From: Pseudomonadota bacterium
Lineage (GTDB): Bacteria > Pseudomonadota > Gammaproteobacteria > Burkholderiales > Burkholderiaceae_C
DNA length: 62,893 nt
Direction of reading: 5' to 3'
Assembly (NCBI GenBank): GCA_021807445.1
Contig: JAKBCY010000001.1
Coordinates: 1-62,893, forward strand
The notes under the pieces were generated by a model. That model did not search any database and was not told the origin of the DNA. It was given only the letters and a program-made list of their open reading frames with translations. Positions 31,037-45,217 of this stretch are shown piece by piece. Both the position numbers and the translations under genes were made by a program. Positions within the stretch are counted from its first letter, which is position 1; each line of letters opens with the position of its first letter.

Positions 31037-32198
31037 ACTGTGGTGGCTGCTCGCGCTGCCCATCATGTTCGCGCTCGGGTGGCTGGCTTCGCGGCTGGAT
31101 TTGCAGCAATGGAAGCGCGAGGGTGAAATCCGACGCGATGCCCCCGTTGCGTATTTCCGTGGCCTTAATTTTCTGCTAAGCGAACAGCAGGACAAGGCAA
31201 TCGACGCCTTCATCGAGGCCGTCACCGCTGACCCCAACACGGTAGATCTGCATTTTGCTCTCGGCAATCTGTTTCGTCGGCGAGGCGAGTATGAGCGCGC
31301 GGTGCGGGTGCACCAGAACCTGCTGTCACGGGCAGACCTCCCCGCAGCTGAGCGCCAACGTGCCCAGGTGGCCTTGGGGCAGGACTTTTTCAAGGCAGGG
31401 TTGCTCGACCGTGCAGAATCGGTTTACACGGCGCTCACCACGACGCCCTACCAGCCCGAGGCGCTGGCAGCCTTATTGCAAATTCACGAACGAACCAAGG
31501 AATGGCCGCGGGCCATCGACATTGCCGGCCAACTCGAGCGGCTTGGCGCCGGGAGTTATGGGCGCCAAATCGCGCACTATTGGTGCGAACTGGCGCTGCA
31601 ACACCAACAGGCCGGCGATGTGCCCGCCGCTCAGGAGGCCCTCGATCGAGCCATGCAGGCTCAGCCGCAAGCCGTTCGCCCTTGGCAATTGCGTGCCGCC
31701 TTGGCTATGCAAAGCCGCGATCTGCAGCGAGCGCTTGACAATCTTCGCCATATCGCCCAGATCCAGCCTGACTTCACGGCCCTCGTCGCGCTCGATATTG
31801 CGCGATTATTTCAGGACCTGAACCAAGCCGAGGATGGGCGCGCGTGGCTGATGGCTCAATTGCAGGGCTACCCGGCCATCGACCTTCTTGACGCGGTATT
31901 GCAGCTTGAAAATGATGCCAGCGAGCGCTACCACCTCGCGTTGGGCTATCTGCAAACCCATCAAAGTCTTTTAGCTGCAAGGCGGATCCTCGACCAATCT
32001 AGCAGCCCAATTTCACCCGAACCGGCCCGTCTGGCATTGACGCAGGCGTTGGATGGCGCCTTGAAAAGCCGCCAGCGCTATCGCTGTGCTGCATGCGGCT
32101 TTGAGGCTCGCAATTACACGTGGCATTGCCCTGCCTGCCAGGGCTGGGAAACGTACCCACCGCGCCGCACCGAAGAACTTCACCTTGTCGCACCATGA
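31026..32198 (+). CDS. lapB: LPS assembly protein B (YciM)
   Basis: N-terminal TM, YFRGLNFLL, ALGNLFRRRGE, TPR repeats, rubredoxin-like CAACGF...WHCPACQGW. Confidence 0.95.
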   Translation: MEFELWWLLALPIMFALGWLASRLDLQQWKREGEIRRDAPVAYFRGLNFLLSEQQDKAIDAFIEAVTADPNTVDLHFALGNLFRRRGEYERAVRVHQNLLSRADLPAAERQRAQVALGQDFFKAGLLDRAESVYTALTTTPYQPEALAALLQIHERTKEWPRAIDIAGQLERLGAGSYGRQIAHYWCELALQHQQAGDVPAAQEALDRAMQAQPQAVRPWQLRAALAMQSRDLQRALDNLRHIAQIQPDFTALVALDIARLFQDLNQAEDGRAWLMAQLQGYPAIDLLDAVLQLENDASERYHLALGYLQTHQSLLAARRILDQSSSPISPEPARLALTQALDGALKSRQRYRCAACGFEARNYTWHCPACQGWETYPPRRTEELHLVAP

Positions 32199-33124
32199 CC
32201 CCTGAACAACTTGCGAAGGCTCGCGTGCTGGTCGTCGGTGATGTCATGCTCGACCGCTACTGGTTTAGCGCGGTCGAGCGTATTTCGCCGGAGGCTCCAG
32301 TGCCAGTCGCGCTTGTCCAGCGCGAGCAAGATCGCATGGGTGGTGCAGCTAACGTCGCCCTCAATGCCGCCACGCTGGGCGCGCAGACCACGCTATTGAG
32401 CGTCGTGGGGGCTGATGACGCTGGCCGCCGACTGGCGCATCTCGTAACCGATTCGCCCGTTCGCAGCGCTCTTCGTCAGGTCGTAGGCCTGCAGACCACG
32501 ATGAAACTGCGCGTGATTTCCCGGCAGCAGCAGCTCATCCGCATGGACTTCGAGTCCACACCAGACCATGAAGTGCTTCTCGACCTAATGGACCGGTTTG
32601 AGCAGGAGCTTGAGGTACACAATGTGGTGCTACTGTCTGACTACGGCAAGGGAGGTTTGACGCACGTAGGGCGAATGATCGAACTCGCGAAGCGCCGAGG
32701 TCTGCCTGTTCTGGTTGACCCCAAGGGACGCGACTATTCGCGTTACAAGGGTGCAACACTCATTACTCCAAATCGCGCCGAATTCACTTTGGCCGCCGGA
32801 GACTGGCACAGCGAAGCGGAACTACAAGAGCGCGCTGACGCCCTGCGGGGAGCGCTGCACCTGGAGGCGGTGCTCGTGACACGTGCCGAAGACGGCATGA
32901 GCCTGTTTACGGCAGCCCCCCCCCTGCACGTCCCAGCGCAGGCCAAGGAGGTGTTCGACGTCTCTGGCGCCGGCGACACCGTTATCGCAACGCTGGCGGT
33001 CATGTTGGGCGCTGGCAGCAGCTTGGAAGATGCGGTACGTACGGCCAACCGGGCAGCGGGCATCGTCGTGGGCAAGCTCGGAACGGCTTGCTGCAGCCCA
33101 GCAGAACTTTGGCCCGAAACCTGA
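32195..33124 (+). CDS. rfaE1: D-glycero-D-manno-heptose-7-phosphate kinase (standalone HldA/RfaE1)
   Basis: GDVMLDRY, RISPEAPVPV, LSDYGKG, VDPKG, DVSGAGDT. Confidence 0.93.
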   Translation: MTPEQLAKARVLVVGDVMLDRYWFSAVERISPEAPVPVALVQREQDRMGGAANVALNAATLGAQTTLLSVVGADDAGRRLAHLVTDSPVRSALRQVVGLQTTMKLRVISRQQQLIRMDFESTPDHEVLLDLMDRFEQELEVHNVVLLSDYGKGGLTHVGRMIELAKRRGLPVLVDPKGRDYSRYKGATLITPNRAEFTLAAGDWHSEAELQERADALRGALHLEAVLVTRAEDGMSLFTAAPPLHVPAQAKEVFDVSGAGDTVIATLAVMLGAGSSLEDAVRTANRAAGIVVGKLGTACCSPAELWPET

Positions 33125-33139
33125 TTCCCCCAGATCGCC

Positions 33140-34150
33140 ATGTCTACACCGACCATTGTGACCGGCGCCGCCGGCTTTATTGGCAGCAACATAGTGCGCG
33201 GCTTAAACGCCAGAGGCATCACCGACATTATTGCGGTCGACAATCTCACCCAGGCAGACAAGTTTCACAACTTGGTGGGATTGCAGATCAGCGACTACAT
33301 CGATAAAAACTCCTTCTATGAGGAGTTTCGACGCGGGCGTTATGGCCGCGTGCAAGCCGTGTTCCACGAGGGCGCCTGCTCTGACACGATGGAGCACGAT
33401 GGCCGCTACATGCTTGAAAACAATTACGCGACAAGCCGCACGCTTCTAGACACATGCTTAGCTCAAGGTACGCGCTTGCTGTATGCCTCCAGCGCTGCAA
33501 CGTACGGTGCCTCCACGAGCTTTGCCGAGGAGCCGGAGTTTGAGAAACCATTAAATGTCTATGGTTATTCCAAGCTGCTTTTTGACCAGGTCGTGCGTCA
33601 CGCCCTACCAACATCGCGCAGTCAGGTTGCAGGTTTTCGCTATTTCAATGTCTATGGCCCTGGCGAGGCGCATAAGGGTCGCATGGCCTCCGTGGCGTTG
33701 CACCACTTCAATCAATTCCGCACGGAGGGCAAAGTTAAACTGTTTGGGGCCTACGGCGGCTATGGCCCTGGCCAACAGATGCGCGACTTTGTGTACATCG
33801 ACGATGTCGTCGCCGTGAATCTTTGGTTTTTTGATCACCCTGAAAAAAGCGGAGTATTCAATCTGGGCAGCGGCCGCAGCCAACCGTTTAATGATGTGGC
33901 AGATGCGGTGATTAATACGATGCGCTTTTCGCATGGGCTCAGTGCGCTCAGCCTGCCGCAAATGGTGGCCGACCGACTTATTGAATACGTCGAGTTCCCG
34001 GGCGCGCTCGTCGGCAAATACCAATGTTTCACCGAAGCCAGTCTGCACAACCTCCGCAATGCCGGCTGCGACCATCGGTTCGCTGACGTCGGCGCGGGAG
34101 TTCGGAACTATGTGCAACGGCTTTTGCAGGAACAAAGCCAACGGAGATGA
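33140..34150 (+). CDS. rfaD: ADP-L-glycero-D-manno-heptose 6-epimerase
   Basis: [45 protein letters not shown]. Confidence 0.96.
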   Translation: MSTPTIVTGAAGFIGSNIVRGLNARGITDIIAVDNLTQADKFHNLVGLQISDYIDKNSFYEEFRRGRYGRVQAVFHEGACSDTMEHDGRYMLENNYATSRTLLDTCLAQGTRLLYASSAATYGASTSFAEEPEFEKPLNVYGYSKLLFDQVVRHALPTSRSQVAGFRYFNVYGPGEAHKGRMASVALHHFNQFRTEGKVKLFGAYGGYGPGQQMRDFVYIDDVVAVNLWFFDHPEKSGVFNLGSGRSQPFNDVADAVINTMRFSHGLSALSLPQMVADRLIEYVEFPGALVGKYQCFTEASLHNLRNAGCDHRFADVGAGVRNYVQRLLQEQSQRR

Positions 34151-34679
34151 TCGCGCTGGCACGCCTCGTTTCCTTATCGTTGACCGGTGGACAAGGCTGC
34201 GTGGACTAGCCCAGAGTCTGCCCTGCGACCACATCATTGACCCGTGCGCGACAAACCCTCCCCGCGTTCGGGGTGTGCGTTAAGAAGAGCGCGTACGCTT
34301 GGCCGCCCTTGGTTTTCAGCGTAGGGTTTCATGCTGCCCATCGTCTTGGTGCACGATGACAATCGGAGCATTGTTGAATGGCGAGGCGAGGTAGGAGTGC
34401 GGCCACAACACGCCGGTAGCGTTTCTGGATGTCGGCGCGCTCCTTGCGCCGCGGATGACTGAACACATCTTTGAGGCTGTTTAGGGGGTCACTTGCTGCA
34501 ACTTCGGTCCGATACTCCAGCCCTAGACATGATGGTCGATGCGGCACGATCACGATAGGAAGAACCCTCACCGTGGCGGCCGACAATTACCTTGATCGCC
34601 GGCGGTTGACCGCTGCATTTCATGCCAAGTGTCGCCGTAATCGCCAAGGCGAACCACTGATTTTGCATCGAGAGCACTT

Positions 34680-35618
34680 TCAGCCGTGGCGCCAAAGCCA
34701 GGCTGCGCCTCGCACCCCTGACGAATCCCCGTGCAACGCCGGTACCAGGCGCGTGCGAACAACGTCGGAGAACACCCAACGACCCCAGCGCTGCGGGACT
34801 TCTTCATAAATTTCGGCGACATTGCTCATGCCACCCCCAAGCACGATGATTTCAGGGTCAAGGAGATTGATCACGTGAGCCAAAGACCGCGCCAATCGGT
34901 CACAGTACCGGACCACGCTAGCCCGCGCGTCGCTATTACCTCCCCGCATGGCACCGACGATGCTTGGAGCAGCAAGTTGTTCCCCCGAGTGTGCGGCGTA
35001 ATCGTTGGCAAGGCCGTTGCCGGATAGCCATGTTTCGATGCAACCCTCATGTCCACACCAACAGGGTGGCCCCGGAAACTCACGCCACGCAGCAGCCGCT
35101 CGCGGCCACGGCAGCGGGTTGTGGCCCCATTCCCCGGCAATGCCATTGGCTCCCAACCACTCACGCCCATCAATTGCAATTCCTGCACCAACTCCAGTAC
35201 CTAAAATCATGCCGACCACCACGCGAGCCCCTTGCGCTGCGCCATCCACGGTCTCACTCACCGCTAAGCAGTTGGCGTCATTGCGCACCCGCACTCGACA
35301 ATGGAGCAATTGCTCGAGATCGCGCACGAGTGGCTTGCCGTTAAGCACAGTGGAGTTGGCATTGCGGATCAAGCCGCTCACAGGCGAAACTGAGCCAGGG
35401 ATTCCAATGCCAACCGGAAGGTTGTTGGCTCGCCCGCTCAATCCCAGTGCAAGCTCGGCCTGCCTCACCAGTTCGGCGATTGCTGCCAACGTCTTGGGGT
35501 AGTCGCCTTGTGGCGTCAGAAGACGCCGCCGCCAAAAGACGCTGCCATCTGCATCGAGTACAGCACATTCAATCTTGGTGCCACCAAGATCGATGCCCAG
35601 CAGGACGTCGTCTTTCAT
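34680..35618 (-). CDS. ROK-family sugar kinase (Mak/fructokinase-like)
   Basis: GIDLGGTK, NDANC, ILGTGVG, GEWGH, CWCGHEGCIE, HGDSSGVRGAAWLW. Confidence 0.9.
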   Translation of the reverse strand: MKDDVLLGIDLGGTKIECAVLDADGSVFWRRRLLTPQGDYPKTLAAIAELVRQAELALGLSGRANNLPVGIGIPGSVSPVSGLIRNANSTVLNGKPLVRDLEQLLHCRVRVRNDANCLAVSETVDGAAQGARVVVGMILGTGVGAGIAIDGREWLGANGIAGEWGHNPLPWPRAAAAWREFPGPPCWCGHEGCIETWLSGNGLANDYAAHSGEQLAAPSIVGAMRGGNSDARASVVRYCDRLARSLAHVINLLDPEIIVLGGGMSNVAEIYEEVPQRWGRWVFSDVVRTRLVPALHGDSSGVRGAAWLWRHG

Positions 35619-35636
35619 CTGAAGTTGTGAGCTAGT

Positions 35637-38857
<3,221 letters not shown>

Positions 38858-38943
38858 GAATATTGTCCTCGTTCGTCTGTCGCGTGATGTTGGGTGGGCC
38901 GAGGGAGCTTCGTACACAGGGCTCCTCACTGCGCCCTGCACAT

Positions 38944-41900
38944 TTAGGCTGCTGCTTCGGCCAATTGCGCCGCCGTGTCCATGTCCACTGCAACCAAGCG
39001 GGATACACCTTGTTCCTGCATCGTGACGCCCACCAACTGTTCTGCCATTTCCATCGCAATCTTATTGTGCGAAATGAACAAGAACTGCGTCGCTCCCGAC
39101 ATGGATTCCACAAGCTTGGCAAAACGCTCAGTGTTGGCGTCATCCAGCGGAGCGTCTACCTCGTCGAGAATGCAAAACGGTGCCGGATTAAGGTGAAAGA
39201 TACCGAAGACCAGCGCAATAGCCACGAGCGCCTTCTCGCCACCGGACAGCAAATGAATGGTGCTGTTGCGCTTGCCAGGCGGCTGCGCCATGACCTGTAC
39301 GCCGGCATCGAGAATTTCGTCGCCCGTCATGATGAGACGCGCCGCACCGCCCCCGAAAAGATCTGGAAACACACGGCCAAAGTGCGCATTGACCTGGTCA
39401 AAGGTCAAGCGCAACTGCTCGCGCGTCTCGGTGTCAATCTTATGGATCGCGTCCTCAAGCGTGCTCGCAGCCTGCTCCAAGTCAGCGAGCTGCGCATCGA
39501 GGAACTCTTTGCGCTCGCGCGCCTGCCCAAGCTCATCAAGCGCAGCGAGGTTGACCGCGCCGAGCCCGGCGATATCGCGCTGCAGGCGCTGCGCTTCGCG
39601 CCCCAGCTCCTCAGGCTTGCACTCCGGCGGCAAGCGCGCGGCAAGCCGCTCAACATCAACCTGCGCATCGGCCAGCATCTGTCGGTACTGCTCTCCCTGC
39701 AACCTGGCCTCCTGCTCCTCGAGCTGGCGCGCCGTGATGGCGCCGCGCAATGGCTCCGCTTCGCGCTCCAAATGTACCCGGGACTCATCCAGCGCGCGTA
39801 AGCGCGTGCCCAATTCGTCATGTTCGGCACGGCGGCTGGCCAAGTGCTCTTGGCTGTGTTGCTGAGCCGTAAGTGCATCCTGAAGGCCTGCACGGGCCGT
39901 GGCATCGCTTAGGCGTGTCAGCTCGTCATCTGCCGCTTGCAGGCGTCCGGCAAGTTCAGCGAGTTGTTGCTCCGCGGTCTCAGCCATTTTGGTGGAGTCC
40001 ATTCGCCGGTGCTCCAGGCTGCGTATGGCATAGACAGCCTCGACCAGGCTCTGCTCCAGGACTCTCAAACTCGCGCGCGCCGTAGCCAATCCGGCCTGCT
40101 CGCGCAGCACCTCCGCGTCCAGATCAGCTTGGGCCTGCTGGCGCTGTGCAAGATCAGCGTCGAGTTCTTCAAAACGAGCCTCGCTCCCGGCCTGGCTAGC
40201 CGCGAGTTCCTCGGCCTGCGCGGCCAACTCGCCAAGGTCAGCGTCCAGCCGTTCAGCACGAGTCGCCGATTCCTGCTGCTGCTGTTGTAATTTGAGGCAC
40301 TCCACCTGAACTTCGTGGAACTGGTGGGTCAGCGCCTGCATCCGGCGATTCTCCGTTGCGGCCTGCTCTTGCGCTTGGTTCCAGGCTGATTCCGCCTGCA
40401 GCGCAGAACTGCGTGTGTCGTCAGTGAGGATCTGCTGCGCCTTGACCTGCCGCTCCAAGTTGTCGATTTCCTGTGCTCTAGCTAGCATGCCCGCCTGCTC
40501 GCTGTCGGCTGCGTAAAGACTCACGCTGTGGCGGTTCACCGTGTGTCCCTCGCGGGTAACCAACATGGCACCTGGCGGCAGCGCCGTGCGATACCGCATG
40601 GCCTGTTCGACTGATTCTGCCGTAAAAACCAAGGCCAGCCACTCGTCGAGCACGGCACGCAGCCCCGGGTCCACGTGGTCCAGCAAACTCGCCATTGGCT
40701 TCAGCCCTTCGACGTTAGGCATGGGGCCCGCGGCTTGCGGTGCTGCGAAAAAAGTGAGCTTAGCCGGCGGCGGGTCGCCCGCGAATCCGGCCATGGAATC
40801 CAGCGAATGCACCTCAAGCGCGGCTAGTCGCTCGCGCAGCGAGGCTTCAAGGGCCGTTTCCCATCCAGGCTCGATATGGATGCGCGTCCACAGCCGCGCC
40901 ATGCTCTCAAGCCCATGGCGGGCCAGCCAGGGCTGAATGCGACCCTGCGTCATGACCTTGTCCTGCAAGGCCTTGAGTGCGTGCACGCGCGCGATGGTCG
41001 ATGCCAGCACTGCGGCAGTTTCCTGTGCGGCTGCTTGCTGCTCCTGGCGAACTTGTTGCAGGATGGGCAGTTGCTCCTGCAGCTCTTGTTGACGCGCCTG
41101 AGTTTCATCACGCTCGGCGGCCAACTTGCTCTGCTGTCGCTCCAGGTCCTCAAGACGCAGGCTGTCAGGCTTGTGCAAGCTGCGACGCTCCACCTGGAGA
41201 CGCTGCATGCGCTGCTCGATCTGCTGAATCTGTTGGCCCAGGGTGCGCTGGCGCTCCGCTTCGCCTTGCAAGCGCTGTTGCGCGGCGGCGGCCTGCAATC
41301 GCTGCTCGGTTGCCTTCAATTGGGCGTCGGCCAAGCGCGCTTCGAGCGCAGGAATTTGCTCCATTTGCTCGTTCACTCGCCCCTCGGCCTCGGCCTGCGC
41401 AACCGCCGCGCCCGCCAACTCCGCGATTGCCATCTCCGACTCCCGCAGCGCTTCCTGCTGGCGTGCTCGCCATTGTGCTTGCTGGGCCTGCAACTCGACT
41501 TGGCCCCGCTGGGCTCGGTCACGCGCGTCGACCACGTGGCGAATTTCGGCTTCAAGGCGCGCCACGTCGGCCTGTGCAGCATAGAGATGCGCCTGTGCAA
41601 TGCCCAGTGCGTCGCTCGCTGCGTATTGCGCCTGACGCAGGGCTTCAAGCTCAGCTTCGGCAGCACGCAATTGAGACGTCTTTGCTTCTAAGGCATTCAG
41701 CGCCAGCGCCGAATCCTGTGCTATGCGCTCCTGACGATTTTGCGCCTCCCTCCAGCGCAGGAGCCACAGCCCGTGCTGGCTCGTTTCCAATTGATCCTGA
41801 AGCCTGCGGAAACTCTGCGCGACGGCCGCTTGCTGTTCCAGCTTATCAAGCTGGCTTCCGAGTTCCCGCAGGATGTCATTCACGCGAAGCAGGTTTTCAC

Positions 41901-42462
41901 GCGTGCCGAGGAGCCGATTTTCGGTCTCGCGCCGGCGTTCCTTATATTTGGACACGCCTGCGGCCTCTTCCAGCATTACGCGCAGCTCCTCTGGACGCGA
42001 TTCGATGATGCGAGTAATCGTCCCCTGCCCGATGATGGCGTAGGAACGAGCCCCTAGCCCAGTGCCAAGAAAAATATCCTGTACGTCCCGCCGGCGAACC
42101 AACTGGTTATTGATGAAATAGCTGGACGTGCCGTCGCGCGTCAATACGCGCTTGACGGCAATTTCCGTATATTGACCGAAGCTCCCGGTGATGCGGTGGT
42201 CACTGTTATCAAAGACCAACTCGACGCTACAGCGCCCGGCGGGCTTGCGCGTGGTAGATCCATTGAATATGACATCCATCATCGACTCACCGCGCAATTC
42301 CGAGGCCTTGGATTCCCCGAGCACCCAGCGCACAGCGTCGATGATGTTTGATTTGCCGCAACCATTTGGGCCGACCACGCCCACCCGCTGCCCCGGCAAC
42401 TGGAAGGCTATGGGGTCGGCGAAGGACTTGAATCCCGCCAGCTTGATCCAGGAAAGACGCAC
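38944..42462 (-). CDS. smc: Chromosome segregation protein SMC
   Basis: GFKSF, GPNGCGKSN, coiled coils with hinge, LSGGEK, LDEVDAPLD. Confidence 0.98.
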   Translation of the reverse strand: MRLSWIKLAGFKSFADPIAFQLPGQRVGVVGPNGCGKSNIIDAVRWVLGESKASELRGESMMDVIFNGSTTRKPAGRCSVELVFDNSDHRITGSFGQYTEIAVKRVLTRDGTSSYFINNQLVRRRDVQDIFLGTGLGARSYAIIGQGTITRIIESRPEELRVMLEEAAGVSKYKERRRETENRLLGTRENLLRVNDILRELGSQLDKLEQQAAVAQSFRRLQDQLETSQHGLWLLRWREAQNRQERIAQDSALALNALEAKTSQLRAAEAELEALRQAQYAASDALGIAQAHLYAAQADVARLEAEIRHVVDARDRAQRGQVELQAQQAQWRARQQEALRESEMAIAELAGAAVAQAEAEGRVNEQMEQIPALEARLADAQLKATEQRLQAAAAQQRLQGEAERQRTLGQQIQQIEQRMQRLQVERRSLHKPDSLRLEDLERQQSKLAAERDETQARQQELQEQLPILQQVRQEQQAAAQETAAVLASTIARVHALKALQDKVMTQGRIQPWLARHGLESMARLWTRIHIEPGWETALEASLRERLAALEVHSLDSMAGFAGDPPPAKLTFFAAPQAAGPMPNVEGLKPMASLLDHVDPGLRAVLDEWLALVFTAESVEQAMRYRTALPPGAMLVTREGHTVNRHSVSLYAADSEQAGMLARAQEIDNLERQVKAQQILTDDTRSSALQAESAWNQAQEQAATENRRMQALTHQFHEVQVECLKLQQQQQESATRAERLDADLGELAAQAEELAASQAGSEARFEELDADLAQRQQAQADLDAEVLREQAGLATARASLRVLEQSLVEAVYAIRSLEHRRMDSTKMAETAEQQLAELAGRLQAADDELTRLSDATARAGLQDALTAQQHSQEHLASRRAEHDELGTRLRALDESRVHLEREAEPLRGAITARQLEEQEARLQGEQYRQMLADAQVDVERLAARLPPECKPEELGREAQRLQRDIAGLGAVNLAALDELGQARERKEFLDAQLADLEQAASTLEDAIHKIDTETREQLRLTFDQVNAHFGRVFPDLFGGGAARLIMTGDEILDAGVQVMAQPPGKRNSTIHLLSGGEKALVAIALVFGIFHLNPAPFCILDEVDAPLDDANTERFAKLVESMSGATQFLFISHNKIAMEMAEQLVGVTMQEQGVSRLVAVDMDTAAQLAEAAA

Positions 42463-42610
42463 TGAGTTAACTAGTTGATTTTCAACGAAAAATAGTCATT
42501 TATGAGGCTACCCTTGGATGATAGCACCCACCCACCGGCGCCCCAGTCATCTCCGGCTGTGCGACAGCGCCCCGATAATGCAATTTTTTGGCGTCACACC
42601 CGCTTCCACC

Positions 42611-43036
42611 ATGAGCACCAAACCCGGCAAACAACTGCAAACCTTCCCGAATCCCGCCCCTGAGCGCGATTTTCATATCCATATGCAGGTACCCGAATTC
42701 ACCTGCCTATGCCCCTTGACGGGCCAGCCAGACTTTGCACGCATCGTGCTGGACATCATCCCTGATAAGAAGTGCGTGGAACTCAAGAGTCTCAAACTGT
42801 ATATGTGGAGCTACCGCAACGAGGGTGCGTTCCACGAAAAGGTGACCAACACAATTCTCGACGACATCGTGGCTGCCATCGCCCCGCGCTTCCTGCGTGT
42901 GACTGCCCAGTGGTATGTACGCGGAGGCATCTATACAAATGTGGTGGTGGAGCACCACAAGCGGGGTTGGAAACCTCGACCCCGCGTAGACTTGGCCCAG
43001 TTTGAGTCGGGACAACCCTCGGCAGCGAGAAGCTAA
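42611..43036 (+). CDS. queF: PreQ0 reductase QueF (short unimodular form)
   Basis: [32 protein letters not shown]. Confidence 0.93.
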   Translation: MSTKPGKQLQTFPNPAPERDFHIHMQVPEFTCLCPLTGQPDFARIVLDIIPDKKCVELKSLKLYMWSYRNEGAFHEKVTNTILDDIVAAIAPRFLRVTAQWYVRGGIYTNVVVEHHKRGWKPRPRVDLAQFESGQPSAARS

Positions 43037-43060
43037 CGCTGCCCCACCGGTCAATGGGCA

Positions 43061-44149
43061 CTAGGCGTCTCGAACAATGCGAAGAATCGCATTGCCGCTG
43101 CTCACAAGAATGCTTCCTTGCGGCCCCTGCGCTACGCCATAGGGCGTGATGAGCGCCCCCGGCAAGGGGCCAAGCTCCACCTTGTCAAGTTGGCCCCTGC
43201 CAGCCAAGGTGGTAACGCTTCCATCGGGCGTGATGCGCCGCACTTTGTGGTTGCCACCATCAGCCAGAATCACGTTCCCGGCTGCATCCACGCACAGTTG
43301 CTGGGGTTTTCGAAACAGCGCCGCTGCGCCTTTCCCATCGGCATCACCACGCTGCGCGGGGTTGCCAGCCAATGTCGAAACCTCACCTTGCATCGTGATC
43401 TTTCGGACATCTTGATTGAAGAACTCGCTCACATAGATCGTGCCATTCGGCGCCACAGCGATGCCCACAGGTGTATTGAACAGCGCCCTTTGAATCGGGC
43501 CATCTCGGTGTCCGTTCAGCCCCGGCTGGCCAGCCATCGTGCTCACCTTTCCCTCGGCGGTGATACGGCGAAGAGTGCTGTTATATGCGTCCGCCACCAG
43601 CAGGTCACCTGTCTGTGGATCAAGCGCAATTCCAACCGGATGGTTAAACTGCGCCGCCGTCCCGTGCCCGTCGGCATACCCCGGACGTCCCGCCTGCCCG
43701 GCCAAGGTGGATACGGTGTTGCCCTTTAACAGGCGGATCGTGTTGGCATAAGAGTCTGCAATGACGACGGAGCCGTCGGGAGCCACGACCACGGCATCCG
43801 GCCCAACGAATCGTGCTTCAAAGGCTTGTCCATCTTTGCTGACGCGCTGCTCGGCACCCCCAGCCACAGTCGTGACGTCGCCTAATTGGGTGACACGGCG
43901 GATGAGGGCATTGGCCGCATCCGCCACAATGATGTCGCCATTTCGCGGATCCATCGCTAGGCCGCGCGGGTCGAAGAACGTGGCACTTCGGCCCGGCCCG
44001 TCGCCATGACCATGCAGGTCTATCTGCCCTGCAAACAAGCTCAGGGACCCGCTGGGTGCGTTGGCTCTCGCTGAGCGCGCAAAGGGCTTCGTCCCCAGCA
44101 TCAGAAGACCGGCGGCGCATTGCAGACTCTGGCGGCGTGTGATTGGCAT
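43061..44149 (-). CDS. NHL-repeat beta-propeller protein with twin-arginine signal
   Basis: MPITRRQSL plus hydrophobic stretch. About six repeats of AxFxxPxG(I/L)A...ADxxN..(I/L)RR....G.V.T.AG. Confidence 0.8.
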   Translation of the reverse strand: MPITRRQSLQCAAGLLMLGTKPFARSARANAPSGSLSLFAGQIDLHGHGDGPGRSATFFDPRGLAMDPRNGDIIVADAANALIRRVTQLGDVTTVAGGAEQRVSKDGQAFEARFVGPDAVVVAPDGSVVIADSYANTIRLLKGNTVSTLAGQAGRPGYADGHGTAAQFNHPVGIALDPQTGDLLVADAYNSTLRRITAEGKVSTMAGQPGLNGHRDGPIQRALFNTPVGIAVAPNGTIYVSEFFNQDVRKITMQGEVSTLAGNPAQRGDADGKGAAALFRKPQQLCVDAAGNVILADGGNHKVRRITPDGSVTTLAGRGQLDKVELGPLPGALITPYGVAQGPQGSILVSSGNAILRIVRDA

Positions 44150-44214
44150 GGCGTCGTTTAAAGACAACGGGTTGCTGAGATTAGGGCTGAAATGCTAACG
44201 CTTCACGGCAATGT

Positions 44215-44829
44215 TCAGGCGCCTCGCCGGTCCATCAAGGCGCGAGCGATGGTACCCAGATCAACATATTCAAGCTCTGCCCCAGCCGGCACGCCGCGCG
44301 CGAGTCGGGAGATGCGCAAATCCAGCGAACGCACCGTTTCGGCAATCACATGTGCAGTGGCCTCACCCTCATTGGTGAAGTTGGTGGCCAAGATGATTTC
44401 CTCCACCTCGCTACCTTCCACGCGCTGCATCAGCAAATCCAGGCCGATATCTTTGGGACCCATGCCATCGAGGGGACTGAGATGACCCATCAACACGAAA
44501 TACAGCCCTGCGTAAGTGAGCGTCTGTTCAACTGCAGCCTGGTCAGCTGGACTTTCCACAACACAAAGTAACCGCCGGTCGCGCCGCGGGTCGGAGCAAG
44601 TCGAACAAATCTCATGCTCCGTGTATGTATTGCACAACGTGCAGCGGCGAATCGCCGCCAGCGCCTCTTCCAGGGACTGCGCCAAGCGAGCTGCGCCGGC
44701 GCGGTCATGTTGTAAGAGATGAAAGGCCATACGAGCAGCCGATTTCGGCCCCACTCCGGGCAACGCTCGCAATGCGTCGATCAGTGCGTCAAGCGCGCCA
44801 ACGCGCGTAAGTTGGACAGGGCTACTCAT
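44215..44829 (-). CDS. recR: Recombination protein RecR
   Basis: [16 protein letters not shown]...CSTC zinc finger, CVVE, EGEATA. Confidence 0.97.
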   Translation of the reverse strand: MSSPVQLTRVGALDALIDALRALPGVGPKSAARMAFHLLQHDRAGAARLAQSLEEALAAIRRCTLCNTYTEHEICSTCSDPRRDRRLLCVVESPADQAAVEQTLTYAGLYFVLMGHLSPLDGMGPKDIGLDLLMQRVEGSEVEEIILATNFTNEGEATAHVIAETVRSLDLRISRLARGVPAGAELEYVDLGTIARALMDRRGA

Positions 44830-44842
44830 CAAAAAAACGAAT

Positions 44843-45172
44843 TCAAAAGGGCAACTTCATGCCCGGGGGCAATGGCATGCCCGCGGTAACCGCTGCCATC
44901 TTTTCCTGTGTTGTTGCTTCTGCTTTGCGCACGGCGTCATTGAATCCCGCGGCGACCAAATCTTCGAGCATGTCCCGGTCTTCAGCCACCAGACTTGGAT
45001 CAATGATCACCCGACGCACGTTGTACTTGCAGGTCATTAAGACCTTTACCAAACCTGCCCCCGATTGGCCTTCGACCTCGATGTGGCCGAGTTCTTCTTG
45101 CACGCGCTTCATGTTGTCCTGCATCTGTTGCGCTTGCTTCATCAGCCCGGAGAGTTGCCCTTTGTTGAACAT
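44843..45172 (-). CDS. ybaB: Nucleoid-associated protein YbaB/EbfC
   Basis: [31 protein letters not shown]. Confidence 0.95.
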   Translation of the reverse strand: MFNKGQLSGLMKQAQQMQDNMKRVQEELGHIEVEGQSGAGLVKVLMTCKYNVRRVIIDPSLVAEDRDMLEDLVAAGFNDAVRKAEATTQEKMAAVTAGMPLPPGMKLPF

Positions 45173-45217
45173 GGGAGTGTCCTCTAGAAGTGGAAAAAAA
45201 GAGATTCGCGCGCCCGC

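Noticed and set aside
42463-42610. preQ1 riboswitch upstream of queF
   Set aside because: No preQ1 consensus stem-loop with A-rich tail recognised. The region is a short divergent promoter.
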